Assembly (NCBI GenBank): GCA_023128965.1
Contig: JAGMCY010000150.1
Location: 1-39,444, forward strand
Direction: 5' to 3'
DNA: 39,444 nucleotides
Origin: Candidatus Aenigmatarchaeota archaeon
GTDB lineage: Archaea; Aenigmatarchaeota; Aenigmatarchaeia; QMZP01; QMZT01
Every line of letters starts with the position of its first letter. Position 1 is the first letter of the stretch. Below are positions 34,165-39,444 of this stretch, one piece after another. The notes under the pieces were generated by a model. That model searched no databases. It had not been told where the DNA came from and worked only from the letters and a program-made list of their open reading frames with translations. The translations under genes and the position numbers were made by a program.

Positions 34165-34452
34165 ATGGTGAAGGCAAGCAAGGGATTCCGAAGGTCGACA
34201 AGAAGGAAGCTCAAGAAAAAAATCAGGCAGAAGTTTAAAGTCACGCCTTACCTCAAGGAATTCAGATCAAAGGATAAGGTGGTTATAAAGATCGACCCCT
34301 CTTCCCAAAAAGGCATGCCGTTCCCCAAGTTCAAGGGAATGATTGGGGAAGTTAAGGAGAAAAGGGGGAACGCGTACGTAATTAAAATCACGGTCGGCAA
34401 GAAAATAAAAGAGGTGATAGCAAGGCCAGAGCATCTGGTCTTGAAGGGATAG
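34165..34452 (+). CDS. rpl21e: ribosomal protein eL21
   Basis: MVKASKGFRRSTRRKL ... VVIKIDPSSQKGMPFPKFKGMIGEVKEKRGNAYVIKI. A GAGGA SD lies 9 nt upstream of ATG 34165. Confidence 0.9.
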   Translation: MVKASKGFRRSTRRKLKKKIRQKFKVTPYLKEFRSKDKVVIKIDPSSQKGMPFPKFKGMIGEVKEKRGNAYVIKITVGKKIKEVIARPEHLVLKG

Positions 34453-34460
34453 GTGGTGAT

Positions 34461-34787
34461 ATGGATATTGAAGACGAGAAAGCGGTTAGCTGGCTTGATG
34501 CCAAGAAGATTTTGATGGAAAAGGAAAAAAACAAAGAACTTGTTTATGAGCAGAAAAACGCCCTTGAGCATTTGAGAAAATTCTGCAAGCTTCCTGAAAA
34601 GAAATACGGGAAAATGCTCGAGGAATTGAGAAAGATTGAAAAGCTCAAGGACAAACACATAGCAAGTATCATAAATTTCATCCCTGAGACTCAGGACGAG
34701 TTAAGGGTTTTGTTCGCGAACGAGAGAGTTGTCTTAACCGATGACGATAAGAAAAAGATTCTGAAGATAGTCAAGGAGAACAAATAG
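34461..34787 (+). CDS. rpoF: RNA polymerase subunit Rpo4/F
   Basis: 108 aa with an Rpb4-like helical pattern (NALEHLRKF ... EELRKIEKLKDKHIASIINFIPETQDELRVLF). It occupies the conserved archaeal position between rpl21e and the DUF655 gene. Confidence 0.75.
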   Translation: MDIEDEKAVSWLDAKKILMEKEKNKELVYEQKNALEHLRKFCKLPEKKYGKMLEELRKIEKLKDKHIASIINFIPETQDELRVLFANERVVLTDDDKKKILKIVKENK

Positions 34788-34831
34788 CATTTTATAAAGA
34801 TAATTTCTTTATTATAATCAGGCTGGTTAGG

Positions 34832-35401
34832 ATGAAAAAGGACATGAAAAAGGACGAATGGGCAATAGTTCTAGACTACCTCCCGCACGGGTATTACGGG
34901 ATGCGCATATCCCAACCCGTTTCCCAAGTTCTTGGAGAGGAATACTTTTCCTTGCTCGAGGTTATAGTCAGGGAGGGGGTTCACCTGAAGGTAGGAATGC
35001 GGGTCTACATAGGGGACGGGAAGAGGGAGGAAGTTAAATTCATCAAGAGGAGGATAGATTTCAAAGACTTAACAGCAGCCGCTAAAGAAGAGGTATCAGA
35101 TATAGTTGAAGATATGGTGAAGTCAAATCCAAAGAAGTTCCTTGAATTCTTCAACAGGGCATGTCCTATAACCACCCGATTACATCAGTTAGAACTCCTT
35201 CCGGGCATAGGCAAAAAACACCTTTGGGCTATAATAGCTACCAAGAAGGAGAAGGAATTCGAGAGTTTTGATGACCTTAAAAAGCGTGTCAGCATGCTCC
35301 CTGATCCTGAAAAGATGATCATAAAGAGGATACTCGAAGAACTGGAGGACAAGGACAAATACAGGATATTCGTTCCGAGATTTGAGAAATCCCAAAGATA
35401 A
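34832..35401 (+). CDS. DUF655/COG1491 predicted RNA-binding protein (OB plus HhH)
   Basis: EWAIVLDYLPHGYYG ... FSLLEVIVREGV ... ITTRLHQLELLPGIGKKHLWAII. It belongs to the conserved gene triad with rpl21e and rpoF. Confidence 0.8.
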   Translation: MKKDMKKDEWAIVLDYLPHGYYGMRISQPVSQVLGEEYFSLLEVIVREGVHLKVGMRVYIGDGKREEVKFIKRRIDFKDLTAAAKEEVSDIVEDMVKSNPKKFLEFFNRACPITTRLHQLELLPGIGKKHLWAIIATKKEKEFESFDDLKKRVSMLPDPEKMIIKRILEELEDKDKYRIFVPRFEKSQR

Positions 35402-36940
35402 TTATTTTCTAATCAATTTAAGAACGTTTTCCGGATCCTTGTAATAATCCGATATCACCCTTCCGACCTTGTCTATGTCCTTTATTTCGTTTTCGACCAG
35501 CCATAACAGTATGCTCTTTTTTTCTTCGAGATTATTTCTTATCTCGCTGTCACCCATTCCAGAAAAAAGCTTTATGTCGTTCCATATCCTGTTCGATTTC
35601 CCCCATTCCATAATCCTGTCCTTGGAGGGAACCCACCTGAATATGTTGTTAAGTTCGATTTTCATCTCAGCGAGGCCCCCGGAAGGTATGAGCTCTGATA
35701 CCTCCAAAACCCTCCTTATGTTCTTCCTCCTGTCCCTGTGCATGACAGCTATCAACTGAAGTGACGTTAGTAAGGAAATAGGGATGTTTATCGGGGGGTT
35801 TATCAATCGTTTCAGGGTTTCCTCCGCCGTGTTCGCGTGCAGCGTTGAGTATACGGAATGCCCTGTGTTTATCGCCTCAAAAAGGACTTCGGCTTCCTTC
35901 GATCTCCTTATCTCCCCGACTATCATCCTGTCAGGCCTCATTCTGAGGGCGTTGATCATCAGCTGGAGCATCGTTACTTCTCCCTTACCTTCAATATTGG
36001 GTGGTCTTGTGGTGAGCGGGATCCAGTGGAGGAAGTGGGGAAGCTGGATTTCCCTTGTGTCCTCGATCGAAATAATCCGTTGGGTTGGGGGTATGAACAT
36101 GGTCAGTACGTTGAGGAACGAGGTTTTCCCTGAGGCAGTCCCCCCCGTGCATACGATGTTCATCTCAAACTGTATCGCTAACCAAAGGAAAGCAGCCACT
36201 TCGGGTGATATGGTTTTGGTCTCTATAAAATCAGTTATGGTCCAGGGTCTTCTGGCGAACTTCCTTATGGTCAGCGTGTTACCTTTTGATGATATGGGGA
36301 ACAAAGTCGCGTTCGCTCGATCCCCCGTCGTTAAATACGCGTCCATTAAGGGATCGAGGTTCGTTATCTGCGTTCCTACCCTCCTCCCTATCTGGGCTGC
36401 GTAATTGAAAACCCTCGCTTCATCCCCAATGATGATACTCGTTTTCAGCCACCCGAATGTTCTGTGATAGACCCATACGGGCTCCTTGGAATTGTTTATC
36501 ACTATTTCCTCAAGCCCGTTGTCCTTGAGCATGAATTCTATCGGCCCAAGACCGAGGGATTCCTGGGAGAGGATTCCGACAAGTATGCCCACATCACTCT
36601 TTGGTAGACTGGGAAGCTCCTGTTCAATGAGATTCGTCGCCTTGTCTATGAACGCCTTCTTTACATCGCCACTTTCCTCCGGACTCAGTATGTCTTCCGT
36701 ACGGAATGCGAGTTCTGTAACAATCTTCTCCCTCACAGAATCGAGAACAGCTCTTGTCGCTTCTTCTATTTTCGGATACTTGAGATCGTAGATTGGGACG
36801 TATTCATTAGGGTCCTGACAAATCTTCACACTGGCAACAACGTTATGATAGTCAATTTCATATTCCTCTAAAACCTTCTGCGGACTTTCCGGTTTCTTCA
36901 CGTCCTTTTTGACAACTTTCTTGGATTTCCTTTTAGCCAT
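35402..36940 (-). CDS. type IV filament / secretion ATPase (GspE-VirB11 superfamily, archaeal PilB/FlaI-like), copy 2
   Basis: Walker A CTGGTASGKTSFLNVL, followed by IISIEDTREIQLPHFLHWI, MIVGEIRRSKEA and GHSVYSTLHAN. Its start overlaps the upstream stop (TAATG). Confidence 0.85.
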   Translation of the reverse strand: MAKRKSKKVVKKDVKKPESPQKVLEEYEIDYHNVVASVKICQDPNEYVPIYDLKYPKIEEATRAVLDSVREKIVTELAFRTEDILSPEESGDVKKAFIDKATNLIEQELPSLPKSDVGILVGILSQESLGLGPIEFMLKDNGLEEIVINNSKEPVWVYHRTFGWLKTSIIIGDEARVFNYAAQIGRRVGTQITNLDPLMDAYLTTGDRANATLFPISSKGNTLTIRKFARRPWTITDFIETKTISPEVAAFLWLAIQFEMNIVCTGGTASGKTSFLNVLTMFIPPTQRIISIEDTREIQLPHFLHWIPLTTRPPNIEGKGEVTMLQLMINALRMRPDRMIVGEIRRSKEAEVLFEAINTGHSVYSTLHANTAEETLKRLINPPINIPISLLTSLQLIAVMHRDRRKNIRRVLEVSELIPSGGLAEMKIELNNIFRWVPSKDRIMEWGKSNRIWNDIKLFSGMGDSEIRNNLEEKKSILLWLVENEIKDIDKVGRVISDYYKDPENVLKLIRK

Positions 36941-37683
36941 TATCTCCTTCTCCTTTTAATTAACATCAGAATTACAACAATCCCTATAATTATTATAATT
37001 ATTGCAACTAAATAAGCTTGTTCATAGGAGATTCGAACGACCGGCATTTTGATGAAGTTTATTATCTCCATAATAAAAAACCGTATTTTATTAGGGAATA
37101 TAACAAACACTATAAACCCTAAGAGTATGAGAAGGTTGATGATGAAAACCTTTCGACTGGGTTTCAACTTTTTCCTTTTCTCCAGCTTCTTTACCTCTTT
37201 AACTCCAGATTTGAATTTTTTCAGTATGAGGACGGGTTCTCCGATAGGGGGGTAATGGAGTTTTATGAGCTTGTGCTCTTCAAGTATCCTTCCCCATCTC
37301 TCTACATGTTCAACTCTGATTCCTAATTTCTTAGAGGCATCATTTACCTTTAAAATCCCTTTGTCCCTAATCAGTTCGTAGAGTTTGTCAACGTCCGTTT
37401 CTAATACTTCTTTCACTTTCGTGCCCGATTTCTTAGCATGGGATTTGACCTTTTTACCTGGAGAATCACCCTTCTCGCTTTTCGCTTCCTCGCCGGAATC
37501 AGATATCGATTTCCCCTTCAGCTCTTTGATAAAAGTTTCGGTATCTTTCGAAAACGGTTTGACCCTTTCCCTTGGGGAATCTGTGTATTCCGAATTCTTA
37601 CTTACTTTTTTTTGCACCTTCTTTTTATCGTCATCCTGATTCACATACCCATTTTCTTGGTCTTTGTCCATATCAACATCCAT
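36940..37683 (-). CDS. hypothetical protein: Lys/Asp-rich N-terminus, winged-helix-like module, two C-terminal TM helices
   Basis: wHTH-like LYELIRDKGILKVNDASKKLGIRVEHVERWGRILEEHKLIKLHYPPIGEPVL. TM segments are VFIINLLILLGFIVFVIF and YLVAIIIIIIGIVVILMLI. Translationally coupled on both sides. Confidence 0.5.
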   Translation of the reverse strand: MDVDMDKDQENGYVNQDDDKKKVQKKVSKNSEYTDSPRERVKPFSKDTETFIKELKGKSISDSGEEAKSEKGDSPGKKVKSHAKKSGTKVKEVLETDVDKLYELIRDKGILKVNDASKKLGIRVEHVERWGRILEEHKLIKLHYPPIGEPVLILKKFKSGVKEVKKLEKRKKLKPSRKVFIINLLILLGFIVFVIFPNKIRFFIMEIINFIKMPVVRISYEQAYLVAIIIIIIGIVVILMLIKRRRR

Positions 37684-38866
37684 CGCATAATTCGGTAAGA
37701 CCGTATTTGTCTGAGAATGTTCTGTTCACCCTAAACCAGCCCTGCAAACCTCTCACCGGATATCCAATATAGTCTTGATCCAAGAAATATATATAGGCTA
37801 CCGAAATTACATCTTCTTTTATAGGGAGCCCATAATTTTGTAATTCGGGGAGGTTCACGAAAGTCTCCATCCCATTAGAGGAAGAATTCAAATCGCCTTC
37901 CAGCCTTTTAAGGAAATTAGGCCCGTTACCGGGGAAATAATATTTGTTGTCTATCTCCTCACGTATGGGCAGATGCCACACCGATGTTGTGTCGCTGTCA
38001 ATATAAACCTCATCGTAGCCCGTATCCGATATTGCTTGACTTATATTCTCAACAGCACTGCTGTTCCCCGTTAAGTAACAATTTGAATTCCCGCTCAGGT
38101 CAATGGAATCCTCAATAACGAACCCCGAAAAACACCCGAAATTCACGCCTGTTGTGTTCCCAGCAACCAGTATTTTCGTGTCACATTCCGATTTGTTGAA
38201 CGTGACCTCACCTGAGCAGCTGCCAGAGGAGTTCGTCCCGCCAATCACGAGTTTCTTTGCCCTGTATGGATATTTCGAAATCTTTATGCTCCGCGTGACA
38301 ACACCATTCGTTTTCAATGTGAAGATGGGGTCTTCCGCCCCCTTCACGGGTATCATCGCTTCGTAATACATATCCTTCTTGTCAATTCTACCTATCCCCA
38401 ATTCATCAGCAACTGAAACGTTGAGGTTCGAGGACGCCTTTATTCGGAATGAATCGTAATTCGAAATCTCAAGGTTTGCGTAACTCAGGTTAACGTCAAA
38501 ATTCACTGGGACGTTCAATATTTTTTTTGTCCAGTTACCTAACGTATTGTTGAACATTAGCAGGCTTTCATTCCCCTCCATCGTTCCGTTCTCCATGAGT
38601 TCTTTTATGCCTGCGATTGCATCACTCATAGCATTCCCGCTCATCACAACGTAATCATCTCCTGCTATAAGCGCTCGTTTCCCTGACGTTACAATCGCTT
38701 TGCCGAAATCATTTTCAATGCTCTTTTCGACCTGGTGTATTTGGTCTGCAACGATGTTCTCATATATCCCGGTCTCCCCTCCCTGCGAGAAGACGTAATA
38801 AGAAATGAAAATAACGATAGGTATGGTTATGAATATCGCTATGATGGAATAGAACTGACCCCTCAT
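37673..38866 (-). CDS. large (397 aa) pilin-like / class III signal-peptide protein, probably extracellular
   Basis: MRGQFYSIIAIFITIPIVIFISYYVF has the R-G-Q motif plus hydrophobic helix expected of prepilin-peptidase substrates. The rest is Asn/Ser/Thr-rich with many N-x-S/T sequons and several Cys. Confidence 0.55.
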   Translation of the reverse strand: MRGQFYSIIAIFITIPIVIFISYYVFSQGGETGIYENIVADQIHQVEKSIENDFGKAIVTSGKRALIAGDDYVVMSGNAMSDAIAGIKELMENGTMEGNESLLMFNNTLGNWTKKILNVPVNFDVNLSYANLEISNYDSFRIKASSNLNVSVADELGIGRIDKKDMYYEAMIPVKGAEDPIFTLKTNGVVTRSIKISKYPYRAKKLVIGGTNSSGSCSGEVTFNKSECDTKILVAGNTTGVNFGCFSGFVIEDSIDLSGNSNCYLTGNSSAVENISQAISDTGYDEVYIDSDTTSVWHLPIREEIDNKYYFPGNGPNFLKRLEGDLNSSSNGMETFVNLPELQNYGLPIKEDVISVAYIYFLDQDYIGYPVRGLQGWFRVNRTFSDKYGLTELCDGC

Positions 38867-38936
38867 ATAAATAATATTAGGGGAGCTTAATTAAATTCAA
38901 AATTTAAATTAAAGTCAGGAATCCAAATATTTTATT

Positions 38937-39444
38937 ATGAAATACTCGAAACTGGTCGATCTCTATGAACACCTTGAGCAGACACCATCGAGGCTGAAGA
39001 AGACCGAAAAGATCGCAGAGTTCCTGAAAAACACCGAAACGTCCGTTTTGGAAAAGATCGTGTTATTCATGCAGGGAAGGATTTTCCCTTCACATTCTGA
39101 AAAGGAGATCGGTGTCGCTGATAAAATGATGGTGAAGGTTATCGCTTCCTCGACCGGATTCCCGGAAAGAGATGTTGTCAAACAATTCAAGGATACAGGG
39201 GACCTCGGCCTCGCCGTGGAAGAGTTAATGAAAAAGAAGAAGCAGACAACGTTGATTTCGAAAGAACTGGGAATAGAAAAGGTTTTCGAGAACCTACGAA
39301 AACTAGCGAGCGTTGAAGGAAAGGGATCCCAGGATGTTAAGATATCACTCATAAAAGAACTGATTTCGAACGCGAAACCCAGAGAGGCGAAGTACATAGT
39401 TCGCACGGTTCTTGAACAGCTGAGGATAGGAGTTGCTGAAGGGG
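38937..39444 (+). CDS. lig: ATP-dependent DNA ligase, N-terminal DNA-binding domain; runs off the right edge
   Basis: Not in the ORF track because there is no stop. Manual translation gives MKYSKLVDLYEHLEQTPSRLKKTEKIAEFLKNT...FMQGRIFPSHSEKEIGVADKMMVKVIASSTGFPERDVVKQFKDTGDLGLAVEEL...EGKGSQDVKISLIKELISNAKPREAKYIVRTVLEQLRIGVAEG. This is collinear with archaeal Lig N-termini. Confidence 0.85.
   Translation, partial: MKYSKLVDLYEHLEQTPSRLKKTEKIAEFLKNTETSVLEKIVLFMQGRIFPSHSEKEIGVADKMMVKVIASSTGFPERDVVKQFKDTGDLGLAVEELMKKKKQTTLISKELGIEKVFENLRKLASVEGKGSQDVKISLIKELISNAKPREAKYIVRTVLEQLRIGVAEG

Noticed and set aside
34790-34815. Inverted repeat ATAAAGA-TAATT-TCTTTAT after rpoF as a possible terminator hairpin
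   Set aside because: It is a 7-bp A/T-only stem in an AT-rich spacer. Archaeal termination needs only the T-run, so there is not enough evidence for a distinct feature.
1-39444. CRISPR arrays, rRNA genes, transposases/IS elements, integrases, obvious defence systems
   Set aside because: By eye I saw no regularly spaced direct repeats, no rRNA-like conserved blocks, and no transposase or integrase-like ORFs. The only mobile element supported is the intein.

Overview
Compact, gene-dense archaeal chromosome segment with about 45 protein genes, one tRNA and one SRP-like RNA. Intergenic spacers are very short and many neighbouring genes overlap by 1-14 nt at start/stop. The archaeal assignment rests on RadA, archaeal DnaG, RPA, RtcB plus archease, Pus10, a class I CCA-adding enzyme, Rpo4/F, ribosomal proteins eS26/eS17/eL21, and class III (prepilin-like) signal peptides. 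The small-genome style looks DPANN-like, but that is inference only. Most of the content is information-processing housekeeping: cca (partial), Toprim protein plus dnaG, thpR, radA, RPA, rtcB/archease, pheST, GlyRS, TatD, pus10, the rpl21e-rpoF-DUF655 cluster, and DNA ligase (partial). Central-metabolism and miscellaneous genes include PPDK, an M42 peptidase, a UbiA prenyltransferase, a SAM methyltransferase, a PHP phosphoesterase and MinD. A type IV filament toolkit is scattered through the window: two PilB/FlaI-family ATPases, a split TadB/TadC-like platform pair, two small pilins and one large pilin-like protein. There is also a secreted lamin-tail-domain protein. Items most worth a second look: (1) a 414-aa LAGLIDADG intein splitting the phospho-histidine motif of PPDK; (2) a tRNA that needs two non-canonical introns removed (D-loop and anticodon stem) and reads as Arg(CCU) while carrying a G3:U70 pair; (3) a 4xCBS protein whose C-terminal 100 aa look like a bacterial-type HPF/RaiA ribosome-hibernation domain, sitting directly behind the eS17 gene; (4) an SRP RNA candidate that seems to lack helix 6 and has an extended helix 8 apex; (5) a Pus10 homolog in which both Asp of the GREDxD catalytic motif are Glu; (6) a translationally coupled operon of a pilin-like 397-aa protein, a wHTH/TM protein and a secretion ATPase. 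All calls come from reading the sequence and the ORF translations. No database search was run.
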